Positions 21,407-35,118 of a stretch of 63,245 nucleotides of DNA are shown piece by piece. Position 1 is the first letter of the stretch; every line of letters starts with the position of its first letter. A program made the translations under genes and the position numbers. This DNA is from Macrostomum lignano (taxonomy: Eukaryota). The notes below the pieces were generated by a model. The model worked only from the letters and a program-made list of their open reading frames with translations, was not told the DNA's origin and did no database searches. The stretch is from the NCBI GenBank assembly GCA_002269645.1, contig NIVC01004040.1, positions 1-63,245 on the forward strand, read 5' to 3'.

Positions 21407-22720
21407 CGAGGGGTGATAAAAAAGTTCTGCAACCTTTTGTTATAGCTTTTAGTTATAGAATCGGCAAAAGCCAAAAACTTACACATATGCGGCTGTATCT
21501 TTTTGCTATATTTATATGCATTTTAGGCTTCCAAATGTGCTCCAGTAAAATTTCACAGCCATATATTTTCCATGTGTTTTCAGTAGCTGATGGAAACATC
21601 AAAAGACAGTGTTCGCTTCTATATCTTTATGTGCATGCAACTTGGTTGCAAAGTGACTGAGATTCACACTAATCTGGTGAATGTTTTAGCTGACTCTGCT
21701 CCATCATTTGACACGGTTGCCCGCTGGCTGCGCCATTTCTTGGAAGGCTGGGACAGCTTCAACTATGAACCAAGGTCTGGCCGACCCCGGACATCTGTGA
21801 CCGAAGATGTCGTGGCCCATGCCGATGCAATAATTCGTGAGGATTGGAGCATTATGCTAAGATTCATTGCCTATGAGCTTGGTGTCAGCTATGGAAGTGC
21901 TCATAACATCATGCATGAGCAACTAGGCCGCACAAAGACCTGCGCTCGTTGGGTACCCAATCTTCTCACTCCGGAGCAGCAAGCAGAGAGGGTGCGCATC
22001 TGTCGCTTGTGGCTGCAAATGTTTGAGCCCCACGGCCCACGACGACTGTCGGATGTCATCACAGGAGACGAATGTTGGATCTCCTTCTTTTACCATGAAG
22101 GATAAGCAGTCCAACATGGTCTGGCTGGCAGAAGATGAGCCAAGGCCTGAGGTGCTGAAGACCGGATTCCACAGTCGGAAGCGGATGTTCACCATTTTTT
22201 CAACTCTCAGGGTGTTGTATCGGTGAACATCCTTCCAGCGGGTGCCACAGACTGCCAGGTACTACACACACTGTTCTGCCAGGCGTGCTGCAGGAGCGGC
22301 AGGAACGTGCGCGAACCAGGCATGGACCTCGACTCCTGCTGCACCATGACAATGTGGCACCGCACAGAGCGGCATCAACTATGGCGTACCTAGAGCAGCA
22401 GGGGGTCCGGCTGCTGCCCCATCCACCCTACTCTCTAGACCTAGCACCTTGCGACGTTTGGCTGTTCCCGAGGATCAAATCCGTCATTTCTGGGAGGCCG
22501 TTTTCACGCATGCAAGACCTTGCCCAAGTGGTACATTCAGCTCTACAGGGTATACCAACTTCGGAGTACCAGGACTGCTTTCAGACATGGTGCACACGGA
22601 TGCGACGGTGCATAGATAGTGGTGGAAAGTACTTTGAAGGAATGTGACACTGATTAGACGCCTCGGCTGCTGTAGCACAGAGTTGTGAGGTCACTTGCAG
22701 AACTTTTTGATCACCCCTCG
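21407..22720 (+). mobile_element. Full-length mariner transposon (1314 bp) with TIRs and TA target duplication
   Basis: Left TA|CGAGGGGTGATAAAAAAGTTCTGCAA and right TTGCAGAACTTTTTGATCACCCCTCG|TA. Confidence 0.95.
21590..22647 (+). pseudogene. Mariner DD34D transposase, frameshifted into three ORFs
   Basis: WVPNLLT, TGDECWI, HHDNVAPH and HPPYSLDLAPCD motifs. Confidence 0.93.
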
Positions 22721-23523
22721 TAGTCTAAAGGGGCAAGGCAGCCGCCCGAAATATTTGGCAACCTCCCATACATTTTTTGGTGCCCTATTGAAAGCAATTA
22801 GAAAACAGAGAGAGTTTGAAGCTGAGCTCATTGTAGAAGAGGTGAGAAATGCGCGCAAAAGTCATCGCTGTGGGGTTCGGGGTTCCTCAATATTCAAGCC
22901 AGCAGCTGTATGGAAAGCCACACTGCATTCCATTGTGGCCACACGTTGCATGCCCTTCTTGGCAGAGATGTCCTCTGTGTTCAAGTTAGTACTGAGGACA
23001 GCATCAGCGCAGTCAACAGTGCCACCGCATCGGTGAAGGCGTACCTCGAATTGAAAATAAGGACGCCAGACCAAAGTATTCGCAAGATCGCTTCCGTTCG
23101 CTCGGCAACTGATGCAGTGAACTGGAGCTGGACAGACTGCTGAATGAAAAATCACCGAACCAGTCAGGTTCTCCTTATGGGCGTCTCCCATTCTGGTTGC
23201 CGCGAAGCCATCGGCTGGAGTCATACTGTGTGTGAACTGAAAGTCAACCCTAAATCGTCAGCTGATGCAGGATTCGCGTCCGACACCCAGGGCTACAATC
23301 GAAAAAAGTGCTTTCTACTGTGGCAGGTTGTACTAGATACAGCATTCTAGACCTTAAAATACATGCATATAACCAGATGGTACTCGATGAGGAGTCCAAG
23401 TCGCTGAAAATGATGAGCATGCCTTTCGGAAATTGCTAGTACGAGCTATAACCAACTATTGTAGTTTTTGGAATTAAAACCGCCCGGAGATACATATGGC
23501 AATTCATCCAAGATGTACAAGTC

Positions 23524-23850
23524 ATAGTAGTATGTTGATGACATCCTCTTCGATGGTATGAATGAAGTGGAGCTTGGATCGCGAGAGAGATGTTTTTTCT
23601 GAGGCTGGAAAGGGAAGATCTAAACGTGATCTTTCAGAAGTGTCAGCGGAACAAGACCCCAGTGAATTTCTTGAGGTTAGTGTTGGACGGCGGCAACATA
23701 TACTTGAATGAGGGCCAGGTTGAAGCCAGAGTATGTCAACGCCTAAGAATTTAGTGGAGCTGAAGTCCTGACTCAGGCTGGTGAACTTTTGTGCCCGCTT
23801 TATCAAGAATTTCTCCTACGTGACAGCACCACTGGTTCATCTGAAGCAGA
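23524..23850 (+). pseudogene. Gypsy-type RT relic
   Basis: YVDDIL followed by degenerate KC..VNFL and TPKNLVELKS.L.LVNFCARFIKNFS..APL, with stops and frameshifts. Confidence 0.7.
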
Positions 23851-25114
23851 AAAATGTGACGCACCAGCAGAAATGACCAGAAGACACAACAATCAATTTC
23901 CAAAAACACCATACTGCGATTATATGACCCCAAGCTGCCTATTAAACATGCAAAGGTTGATGCCAAAGACTTCTGTAAATGTAGCAGCATAGCATAACTA
24001 AATAAATTCAAGCAATATTATCATGATATTTTCTAGCTACATGAATGTATGTTGATTTGATAAAAATCTTTTCACCTAACTTCAAATATAATATACCGTG
24101 TGCTTTTTTCTATGATCACGACTGTCGCGTCCTACTTTAGTATTCCTTGGCTGACCGTTGACACATTACAGGAAACTCAAATCGAAGATTTAGTTTAATC
24201 TTTAAACATAAAAAGTTGCCAATAAACTAATACGTACATTCACGTAAAACGATTTCATTGTTTTCAAACAACCTAAAAGCATCTAAAGTCCCTTGGGCCT
24301 TGACAGCAATCACAAAGCCTCTAAACGCAAAAGTTTGTAAAGAAACTAAAAAACGAAATTTCGCTACATTTTCTACTATCTCAAGTAGAAGTAGAAGTCG
24401 CGCGAATCCTAGCGTCCCAAAAGGAGGACTATTCCACAAAAGCCTATTCTAAGTGCCAATGGCACTATCGCACTGAAAAAGCAGGGCAAAACATGCTGGA
24501 AATCACGTGAGAAAGCTTGCCACCCAGACTCAAGCCAAAGACTACAAACTTTCAGCCTGTCAAAGGCCATTGCAAAAGCTGTAAAAGTGTTCCAGAACTT
24601 TCCATGGCTTGTAAACACAACCGGCTGCATTGCATTGTAAAGCTTGTATTGTCCAGGTGACCCAATTTAATTTGGGCAGCTTCTAAATTTAGAATTTCGC
24701 GTGGCAAAACAAGAGGCAAGAGGGGAGAGCGGAAATGTACGCAATGTCCCATGTGTTCACATAGAAAATTTGGGACAGACATACTATTAAAAAGGCCAAA
24801 TTGAAAGCCGGCAAAGATTGGCAGGTTTCTTCTGCTTCAATTCTGGAAAAAATCGAGCAGATTTTTTTACAATTCTTTCGATATGAAATTTGACTCAAAG
24901 AAGATTTGTCTTCTTCTGCTTGCCTGGATTGGCGTCTCTGGCGCTTGCGACCCCGGAGGGACTGGGAGCGACTGTAAGACCGGTAGGTGAAAATCTCTTT
25001 CTACTGTTTCCAAGGACGCGTCTAGAAGCAGAACCAAAACCCGAGTTTGCAGAGAAAAGTAGCCTAAGGATAAGTTTATTGGGACGCCATCATTGGAACG
25101 CCTTGCCTAGCCAA

Positions 25115-25830
25115 GACCAAGGGGCTTTAGCACCAAGGGGCTTTAGCACCAAGGGGCTTTAGCACCAAGGGGCTTTAGCACCAAGGGGCTTTAGCACCAA
25201 GGGGCTTTAGCACCAAGGGGCTTTAGCACCAAGGGGCTTTAGCACCAAGGGGCTTTAGCACCAAGGGGCTTTAGCACCAAGGGGCTTTAGCACCAAGGGG
25301 CTTTAGCACCAAGGGGCTTTAGCACCAAGGGGCTTTAGCACCAAGGGGCTTTAGCACCAAGGGGCTTTAGCACCAAGGGGCTTTAGCACCAAGGGGCTTT
25401 AGCACCAAGGGGCTTTAGCACCAAGGGGCTTTAGCACCAAGGGGCTTTAGCACCAAGGGGCTTTAGCACCAAGGGGCTTTAGCACCAAGGGGCTTTAGCA
25501 CCAAGGGGCTTTAGCACCAAGGGGCTTTAGCACCAAGGGGCTTTAGCACCAAGGGGCTTTAGCACCAAGGGGCTTTAGCACCAAGGGGCTTTAGCACCAA
25601 GGGGCTTTAGCACCAAGGGGCTTTAGCACCAAGGGGCTTTAGCACCAAGGGGCTTTAGCACCAAGGGGCTTTAGCACCAAGGGGCTTTAGCACCAAGGGG
25701 CTTTATCACCAAGGGGCGCCAGCACAAAGGGGCTTTAGCACCAAGGAGCTTTATCACCAAGGGGCGCCAGCACCAAAGGGCTTTATCACCAAGGGCGCCA
25801 GCACCAAGGGGCTTTATCACCAAGGGGCGC
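25115..25830. repeat. 16-bp minisatellite (CTTTAGCACCAAGGGG)n, ~37 perfect copies then degenerate copies
   Basis: Exact 16-bp periodicity from ~25115 to ~25705, then variants containing TTATC and GGCGCC. Confidence 0.97.
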
Positions 25831-25831
25831 C

Positions 25832-26313
25832 GGGTCCATGAGAATTTCCCGCAGACGATTTGCCCGCCGAGATTTGCCCGCAATGCTTTTTTCCTGCAGC
25901 GCATTTGACAGCTAGATTCTGTCTGCATTGCCCCCCCGCCCCCAAAAAATATACATTTGATATGCAGTTACTATGAAAACGTTTTGATCCTGTAAATATT
26001 TTTATTAAGACTTACAAAGCATTGGGGAGGCAATGCAGACAAAATCTTTCGCGTGGCTAAATGCGCTGCAGGAAAAAAACATTGCGGCCAACTCTCGGCG
26101 GTCAATTCTTGGCGGGCAAATCTCCACGGGCAATAACTGACGGGCAAAATGCACTGCGGGCAAATCTCGGCGGGAAAAGCTCGGCGGGAAAATCTCGGGC
26201 AAATCTCCTGCGGGCAAATCTCGGCGGGAAAAGCTCGGCGGGAAAATCTCGGGCAAATCTCCTGCGGGCAAATCTCGGCGGGCAATTCGTCTGCGGGAAT
26301 TTCTCGTGCTCCC
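25832..26313. mobile_element. MITE-like element with ~50-bp TIRs and internal GGGCAAATCT repeats
   Basis: Left CATGAGAATTTCCCGCAGACGATTTGCCCGCCGAGATTTGCCCGCA is nearly the reverse complement of right TGCGGGCAAATCTCGGCGGGCAATTCGTCTGCGGGAATTTCTCGTG. Confidence 0.8.
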
Positions 26314-29300
26314 AGATCTACCTGCTGTAAAGTGGCGCCAAAACTTCTGAGGGGTCGCGGACCCGCTTGACCTCCTTCGGCTACGGGCTGCTACACGCTG
26401 AATGAAGCATTTGTAGCTCTGTTGATCAAATCATCGGTTTCCAAGAAATAATAGATAATCATTTTTATTTTCTGGATTACAACATTTTGACGTCTAGCTC
26501 TAAACTACAAGTATTTGGTGTTCCGGGGACCTTCTGGTCTATTGCTCAGAGTGACATACTTTTTAACTGAGCTTAACTGCGCTCTTTTTAACTGAGCTAC
26601 TTTTTAAAAGATGGTTTGCAGTTTAAAGAGCCACGTTTATCCGTCGGCTCTTCTTACTTGCTCAATTAGTTGCGGCGTTCTGTGTTAGTCTCTTATTGTA
26701 AAACGCTACAATTGCATACCAAGTTAGGATGAAAAAAACTTTCCGATCAAATTTCAATGTACTTCTGGATCTGATGTGTGTGTTCTTATGTTCTTATAGA
26801 TATGACGTGTGTGTGTATGTGTGTTCTTGTGGGTCTGATGTGTTTTTTCTTATAAATCTGATGTGTGTGTTTGGTTGGGTGTTCTTGTAGGTCTGATTAA
26901 CGTTTTTATAGACTCAATAGATAACCTGTTTTCCTTTGTTTCGTTATCCGTATCTGATGCTACAACCATCGCAGACGAGAATGAGGCAGCGGTAGATTCT
27001 GCCGCTGCACTTATGACTAAGTGACTAGCTGATTAACTATTGAAATATTGACTGTACATCCAGTGTACCCACCACCCCGATTTCGTTCCCGGTGCGCCCC
27101 CCCCACTCCAATGCGTTAATAATTTTGTATTGAGCATCGTTTGTGTTAGCATCGTTTATGAATAATATATCGAAACTGAAACATCATTTATTCTGCCAAA
27201 TCATCGTGCTACTTAGTTTGAACTCTTAATTAAACAACGCGACAGGGAACAAATGCGATTCGAAGCCCTGTGGTCTGTACGCTACCTGCACGGACACGCT
27301 AGAGTCATACAATTGCACCTGCATCAATGGATTTCAAGGCAACGGAAAGGATAATTGCACTGGTAAATTTAATTTTTTATTTTAGTAACTTGTCAATAAA
27401 TTTCTGACTCCTTGAATACTTGTATGAGATCGTCCATAAACTAAACCCAATTAAAGACGTTGACGAGTGTCTCAGCAGCTCCAAATGCGATGCCCATGCT
27501 GACTGCATCAACCTGATCGGCTCATTTGATTGCATTTGCAAGCCAGGTTACTATGGCAACGGGACTGTCTGTTATCGTGAGTTGAAAAGATATATTCGTA
27601 TTTTATTCATTATTTAGCGGAAGTCACTCCAGTTGTCTTAATCCCGGATTCATTTTTTCAGCTCAGATGCTTCTATCAACAGTAAATGCAACCCGTAGCT
27701 GGTTTAACGATCAAGTCCTTGAGGCACCACTTGGCGATCCATTTCTGATCGGCAGTCAGGAAAGTTTGTTTTGTCGAGTAAGTCCTGTTCTGCAATATCT
27801 CACTTTGTAAAAGGTGAGCTGTAACTTCGAATTGACAGTTTTTTTCTAGGAGTTGAGGGGAAATCAGCTCAAATCAACTCCTAAATTATGCTTAAATTCT
27901 CCTTTTTAACTTGGAATTTAAAATATATCATCACCATAGGTCGGTCGCTACGGCGCTATCAGTTTCTCTGCTGCTAAAACAATTTATTTACCATACAACC
28001 GCACCAAAATGATAATCAACTTTCCTGGTGCCGTCGTGGCGCCTTACTGGTTCGTTTATCCTCGTAACTACTACGTTTTTCGAGGAGATTAAACTCCAAA
28101 GCCAAGGGACTACGAGCTGCTGAATTCGAGAAACCACAGCTCCAGCTCGAACTGGCGCGCGGTCAAGCAGATCATCGAGCAGGAGATTCGATCCAAGTTC
28201 AACCCTCTGACAGCGCTCATCGTGACTTGGCGCATCCTGACGCCGTCACTGCCGTCACAGAGCTATTCGGATCAATTCCACTGCCTTTCGAAATGTAGCT
28301 CTTCGCTAATTTGGAGACAGACGAACGGCTATGTAGACCTCTGCCAGGGCCTGTGTTCTCGAGCCAAGGCGAATGCTGTAAGTGGGGAAATGTCTCCTAA
28401 GTAACAGAGCTCTTTCTAACGACCATAATTAGCACTTGCTGGCACTTTGCACTTTGCACTTTGCACCTGCTTTAACTTGCTGGCGATAACTGACAGATGC
28501 AAATATATCGTAGTTACTAAGGCCGACACAGGCCTTATGGCTTTGTAACGCATCTCCTAGAATTCTTGCAATTCAAATGTTATACCGGCAACAATCGACG
28601 CAAAATTTCCTAAAAATCTGTAGTTTAAAACTTACTTCCACTTTTTCATTGACTCTCTCTTAAAAAGGAAAGAGTACTAAAATATCCGAATGTTTTTTCC
28701 TAAGGTCAAAAGTTGTGCATGCACTTTTTAATGCTACCTACGTACCTGCAACCTGTTTCTAGTCGCTGATAATATCTAGTCTAAGTACGGGATTTAATAG
28801 TTATTTCATTGCAAAGCAGAGAGTTATTTCTTTTATGAAGATCTGACACCCGGGAATGCTAAGACTTAGCGGTGTTGGGTAATTAAAATCAAAGTATCGT
28901 GCATGGAAGTCCAAACGAAACAACAAATTAGCTCGTAGTACAAGTTCTTTCGCTTTTAGGAATCTGACCTTAAATCATGATTTTCTGCTATTTCTTGGGA
29001 TACAATGCGTGCCACATGCAATTTCAGAGCATCGAGTTCCAAGCAGTTGTAACACGCAACGAGACTCACTCATACGCCATCTTCAACTACGGTGACTTCC
29101 GCCTGCCTGTGCCGAGAATCTTCAACTCGAGCTCTCAAAAGTGGGACCTGATAGCATTCTCAGGATTCACGGATAACGTTATTGTTCGAAAGGAGCTGCC
29201 GTTCAGCCTGCGCCCAGACTGGCCCGAGCTGCCCAACCTGAGCCCAGGAAGCTCGGGAAGACCCGGACGTCACGTGATGCAGCTCAGCAGCTGGTATCAA

Positions 29301-30223
29301 CAGACCAGCGATTCAACAAAGTGCAGCAGGTGGATCGCAGCAGCCAGGGCCAAGGTTTCGTCAGCCCGTTCCCCGGCTGCTTCGACTGTCCATTCGATTT
29401 TTGCACAGCAGTCCTTGACAGGCGGTACATTCCGTACGAGTTTGAGTGCTCCGGTGGCAGCATCCGGATGTGCTTCCGCAACACCACCTACCAGTGCGCT
29501 CAGAGGTTCAGTCGTGGTTGGTCTTATTATTCTCGGGCCTGCAAGCTTGAGAACTGCCGTCACCTGGTGTCAACCAGGTGCTGCTACAGAATTTCATCGG
29601 CAGCTGCTGGCAGCGAGATCCGTGAGCTGTGCAATAAAATCTACGGCATTTGGAGGATCCGGAACATCATGCGAAGGATTATGTTCGATAGGGCTACCGG
29701 TGAGCTTACTTTAAACATATCAATAGAGGGCTCATTAAAAGCTGAAAGCTTTAGTTCATTGAATTGTTGTATCCCCTAATCCCTAGCCTACCCAGTCTGT
29801 AGGGGGGGGGGGGATGGTAGGGCACAGGACACACCTCGGTTGTACGGGTCTCGCCTGCGTCAGGACGCGAGTATTTACAATTACCCAGCGTCTGCAGCAT
29901 CGGGGCGCATCCACGTGACTGTCACCCGCGTCGGGGCGCTGGAGTGCCAATTACCTTCAGCAGGGCTTAAGGATGCACAGGTTGGCGTGCGATACAGTAT
30001 GTACCGTACTAATGTCTTCCTCTAACCTAGCTGAGTCGGCGGGCAGGACACACGACTCTTCACAGCCCTTAGGCAACCGGAAAAATAAATGCAGAACAAC
30101 GCACTTAACGTGACTGACAATAGTGCCTTACACCCGGGGCCGGCACGAACTGGTGGCTTTTCCGATGTTTATTTACTTGACTGAGTTTCCAGTATTGCAG
30201 CAGACTGCCGTAAGAGACCGTCA

Positions 30224-31691
30224 ACACCTTTTCACTGTCATTTTCAAACATCCTGCAACCAATTTAAACTTTCTGGCATACGATTCCATCCTTTTTTGGC
30301 TGTGACTGCTTCGGTTTTCATCCAGTTTCAACAAACTTCGAAACAGATTGACAGTTGTGTGATGAACCAGGGGAAGAATTCCGAGGCTCCCTGCCTGACT
30401 CGGGTTCGTGCACTGACCCTTAGCGCTACGGTTGTCCAACCTACTCAGGTACAACGCAGAGTCGGCTAAGATCAGGCTGATCGAGTGTACGACGCACGAT
30501 GGCCTCCGAGCTAAGCGGAAGACGCTGAGCTGGTTGGGGTGGGAGTCGGCGTGCGATGCTTTCAATCCCGGCTAGGCCCTAAGCAGCAAACCCCGAAAAG
30601 ACAAAGACAGTAAGTGCTCACGATTCGCATGCTGAACAGCTCGGTAGTCAGCTCGGCTCCATATTTGTACTTGCAGTAGCAAAGCACAAATACACATCGC
30701 AGTCGCAGAGTGCATATACAGACGCAACGGGGCAGCGCCGACCGGAGAGGGCGAGGGCGAGGGAAATTGGGGGCCGCAAAGGCCTCATATAAATAGAAAG
30801 GCCAGGGCAGGCATAAAAGGGGGAGGCGCAGATAGGCGGGCCCCGGGGACTCGCAGCCAATCAGAGAGCGCCAACTGGCTGAGCCTGCGCCGGGGGTACA
30901 TTGCAAAGGGCTGGGAAGGGATTGGGAGCACAACAAGAAAACAAAATGGGGCTACTCTTACTGAGCCTCCTTAGCTGCAGGGCTGTCCCGGAGGGGACAC
31001 AGTGGGAAGGCGCGGACGCCCATTTCGCTAACTGACTGAGCCTCTGCCAATCAGGCACCGGGAGGCTTACGCAAGCGCCAGAGAGGTGGGGCACAAATAC
31101 AATGGGCGACGGAGAAAGAAAAGGACAATGGGGGGAGGGTAATAGAGCACGCAAGGGCGAGTGACTCAAACAAATGGGCAAAACAATTTAAGGGCAGGGG
31201 CTGAGAGAGACACATTCATCACAGTTTGCATAAATTTCCATCAAATACTCGATCCTGGTTCTAACAACTGCGTGCCAACCAATTCCGTCAAGTCAGGCAT
31301 CCGTTTTTAACGGGGAATTCAAACAGTTGCGACAAACAGAAATTCAGAATCGAAACTTTGCATATAATTTCGACAAGAGTTCAATCAGTTTGAGCAATTG
31401 CCAACCAATTTCCGTCAAGTGAGGTAGAAAGTAGGTAATCTTAACCGATTAAAAAGTTTCGGGATTGAATTTACGGAATGGTATTTTCAACCAGAAAAAT
31501 GATATGCCCAGCCTCTTACTACCCCACTTGACGGAATTGGTTGGCAGTTCTTGAAACTGATCGACTGTTTGTTGGAAATTTATGCCAACTGTCGAATTTT
31601 GACGAAACTGTCCCAACCAAAAACCGTCTGAATCGGATGCGAGAAAATTAAAATTGGTTGCCGGTAGTTCAAACTGAAAATGAAAAGGTGT
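30224..31691. mobile_element. Imperfect palindromic (foldback/MITE-like) element interrupted by a solo LTR
   Basis: The left arm ACACCTTTTCA..GCAACCAATTT..GACAGTTG/GCATAAATTTCC..GCCAACCAATTCCGTCAAGT matches the reverse complement of 31510-31691. Confidence 0.65.
30358..31223 (-). mobile_element. Solo LTR (866 bp)
   Basis: Perfect 9-bp inverted ends TGTGATGAA...TTCATCACA. 4-bp TSD GTTG/GTTT with one mismatch. TATATAAAT-like and CCAAT boxes inside. Confidence 0.8.
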
Positions 31692-32317
31692 AGTGAACTT
31701 CACCAAAACGCAGAGAGGAGAGGCAGAAAGAAAAGCACCGCCTAAAAACCCGGCGGGAGCCGCAAAATAGCCATTGCCTGCGGAGGGGGAAGACCACAAG
31801 CCCACCTACCACCCAACCACCGATCCAGCCAAACACCCCGCCAAGGGGAGGGCAACTCAAGCAGGGGAGGGGTGACTCGCGTAAACCACGAAAAAGGGGA
31901 CGCATGGGTGACTCATACAGTCTGGAGGACAGGGTGCACTCCGTACTGCAAAGTGCGCACACAACAGAATTAATAAAACGGCATCATTTGCAGCTGGCCA
32001 CCTCATCAGCAGCAGCTCAGACGGTGCCGGACACGCAATGTACTTCTTTCGGAACAGCACAAGTGATAAAATTCGATATGGCTTCTGGTTTCGTCAGGAT
32101 GAATTATATGGCCAAAAAATCTGCTCAGCTGCCGGAATGATGTCCGCTTATTCTACCGTAAGACCCGTGTGCACCAGCCAGCACTACCAACCACCAGCTG
32201 GAGGTAACTGCTTTGCTTTAACTTTAGATCTGGGTACACATATATTGAGTAATTTCATTTATTTATTCACTTTTGGCAGCTCCAGCGTATTGCGGCTCAA
32301 CTGCTTTAGGACATTTT

Positions 32318-33535
32318 TAAGCATCAAACCAAAACCTAAGCAACTAAGCATCAAACCAAAACCTAAGCAACTAAGTGAAGTACAGGCTATTTGCTTCCCG
32401 GATTAGGCCCTTGCGGATTACCTTAAGCCTCGAGTCTCTTCAATGGGAAGTTCTCTCAACTCTCAGTAGCGTAGGTAATGCTGCCACCAGTTCCTTCAGG
32501 TCTCGGCCTTCGGTGAGGTGAGCTTCCCGTCGGAACGAAATAACGAAGTCAACGAACACAGCACCAAGTGCAGAATTGCAGCTCAACGTACTAGGCGTCT
32601 CGTCAGCAGTACCTGCCGGGCTTGGATGGTAAAGGGAGGGCTAAGTTAGCCTCTCGTAGGCTCAGGTTGGCTTTAGTCGGGTCTCAGTCAGACCAATAGG
32701 AATAGACTCAATGTACGCAAAGACTCAAACACTCGGGACTCAGTCACATAGAACTCAAGGTTGGACAGAAAAACGGCTAGCACAGAACCAGACTAGCACA
32801 GAACAAGACTCCTTGACGGAAACAAGGGGGAAGGGGGTCCTATTTATAGCGCGGGATCCACCTCCGACCCATTGCACAAGATCTCGCGACTTGCAGTTCT
32901 ATTTTTAGAACTGACGTCACTCATGGCCTCTGGGCAGAGTCCCTTTACGCACGGACCCCGTGACTCGCTCTTTTTTTAGAACTGACGTCACTTGGGGTCC
33001 CCCGGCAGAGTGCACACGGCTGTGACTCAGTTGCTATTTTTAGCAACATGAGTCACTCCTCTCCTTAGAGAAGGGAGGGAACCGAAGCATGTGACTCCCC
33101 GGTAAACAGGGCCAGCAAGTGCAGTAAACATGTTTACTGCACTTTAAGACTCAAAGAACGCAAGAACTGTCATGTAACTAGCTCACAACACAGGGAAAAA
33201 CGGGACGAAAGCGAAAATGAAACAACCCACAGTCGAGAGACTGGGGGCTGAGAACGGAGACGCAGAAGGGCAGAACAGGCCAAGGGCAGCAACAGGCGGG
33301 AAAAGGGGGCGGGAAGCTGACCAGCGGCAGACAGCAACCCAGGGCAAGGGCGAGGGCGAGGGAGACTGCTGACAAAGTGGGACGCCTAACATTAACTAGC
33401 GGATCACTACATAAGCATCAAACCAAAACCTTAAGCAACTAAGCATCAAACCAAAACCTGAGCAACTAAGCATCAAACCAAAGCCTGAGCAACTAAGCAT
33501 CAAACCAAAACCTGAGCAACTAAGCATCAAACCAA
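32318..33535. repeat. 27-bp tandem repeat (TAAGCATCAAACCAAAACCTRAGCAAC) split by a solo LTR
   Basis: About 2 copies at 32318-32375 and about 4.5 copies at 33412-33535. Confidence 0.85.
32376..33411 (-). mobile_element. Solo LTR (1036 bp)
   Basis: TAAG|TG...CA|TAAG with a 4-bp TSD. Minus-strand TATAAAT at ~32845. Multiple TGACGTCA and TGA(C/G)TCA motifs. Confidence 0.82.
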
Positions 33536-35118
33536 ACAACCAACCTCCGATCGCCAGGCTTCAACCGAGGCGACCCCCACCTGAGCACGCTCTCGAACCG
33601 CAGCTACACATTCAACGGTCACTGCGAGTACCACCTGCTCACCAGCGATCGGTGGCCGGACTCACCGATGCTGCGGCTAGAAGCGCGCACCGCGCCAGTC
33701 AACGGTGGAGCCGCCACGGCCTTCGTCGGCGTCGCGCTGAAGTCCGGCCTCAACGAGCTGGCCGTGTCGGTGACCCGCAACGAAAGCTTCGACGACCTCG
33801 ACGTCTTCAGCAGCGACGGACGTCGGATCGGCAGCGTCAGGGGCGAGCTGGCGGCGCTGAGCAACGCGACCAGACTGGACAGCTACCGGCTGGAGGTCCC
33901 CGACAACAGCACCATCGACATTGTCGACGAGTCTACCGGCGTCAGCGTCACCGTTACCATGGAGACTAGCTCGCTCAGAGTCGGCGTTCAACTGGACTTG
34001 GCAGGAAAATACCCAAGCGGACTGGACGGGTTGCTAGGCAACAGCAATGCGAGCGGATTCAGACTGAGAAACGGCAGCGTCCTGCCAGCTGACAGCTCCG
34101 AGAGGCAGCTGTTTGAGTTCGGGAACAGCTGGAGACTCAACAGCTCAGAGCCGAGCTACCTGCACTACCCGGCTGGCAAGGGCCGAGCTGACTTCTGCGA
34201 TCTCAGCTTCGTGCCGGCCTTTGCCGAGGACTTCAAGGACAACATGCTGGCGCTGTTCGGCGGGAACGCGGAGCTCAAGAACGCTTCGGAAGAGGTGAGT
34301 AGACAGGACAGAATAGTTAAAATTTGGTAATGCGGACAAATGCGAGAGGAATAACTATTTTTACCTTAATGCGACCTGCTGTGAATCCATTGGGTCAGCT
34401 GACCCTTGGGGGGTAAGTTTCTTGATGAACGCTCATGATCCCATTTTCCAGCGAAAAAAACATCGCACCTGTAGTGGTAATTAAATAGCACTGAAGGCTC
34501 TCCAACTTTACCCCTGATTAAATAAAACGACCCAATAACTTGACAACCATCCTCGATCCACTCCTTAATGTAGAACTTGACACGTTGCATTTGAGGCTAA
34601 ATTTCGTGTACTGACCCTGTGTACACACTGCTTTTTCCCCGGCAGGTGTGCCGCAGCTCCGGCTCCTCCTACCTCACCTGCATGTTCGACGCCGCTCAGC
34701 TTCGCTCGGTCGCAGCCGCTCAAGACGCGGCCGTCGCCATTCGAGACGAGACTCGAACCCGGGTCGTCCTGGCTAACCGACCACCGCAGTTCGTGAGCGC
34801 CCCGAAGCAGCTGCGAGTGAACGACAGCAACAGCGTCAGTGTCACCTTCTCCGTGACGGATCCCGACGGCACCTCACCGAATGTCACCGTGCTGGAGGCC
34901 GTCGGGGGGACCGCAAAGCTGGAGGCTGTGGCTAGCGGTAGCTGGCAGCTCGTGTTGCAGCCCGTCGACAACTGGCGAGGCGACATCAAACTGCAGCTGG
35001 CGGCGGTGGACGAGGTCGGAGCCGTCACGGTGTGGACTCCCAGGATTGTGGTGTGCGACTGCGGGAGCAGGGGCCGCTGCTGTCCTGACTGCGACATGGC
35101 TGACGACACGGGTGAGTA

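Larger units (their letters stand above)
29798..31917 (-). mobile_element. Solo-LTR-like element (~650 bp net of nested inserts) flanked by CAGTC
   Basis: CAGTC|TGTAGG...CTCATA|CAGTC; the terminal CA appears mutated to TA. Confidence 0.5.

Noticed and set aside
22723-23350. Possible transposase or recombinase relic
   Set aside because: It looks coding, but I cannot assign any diagnostic motif.
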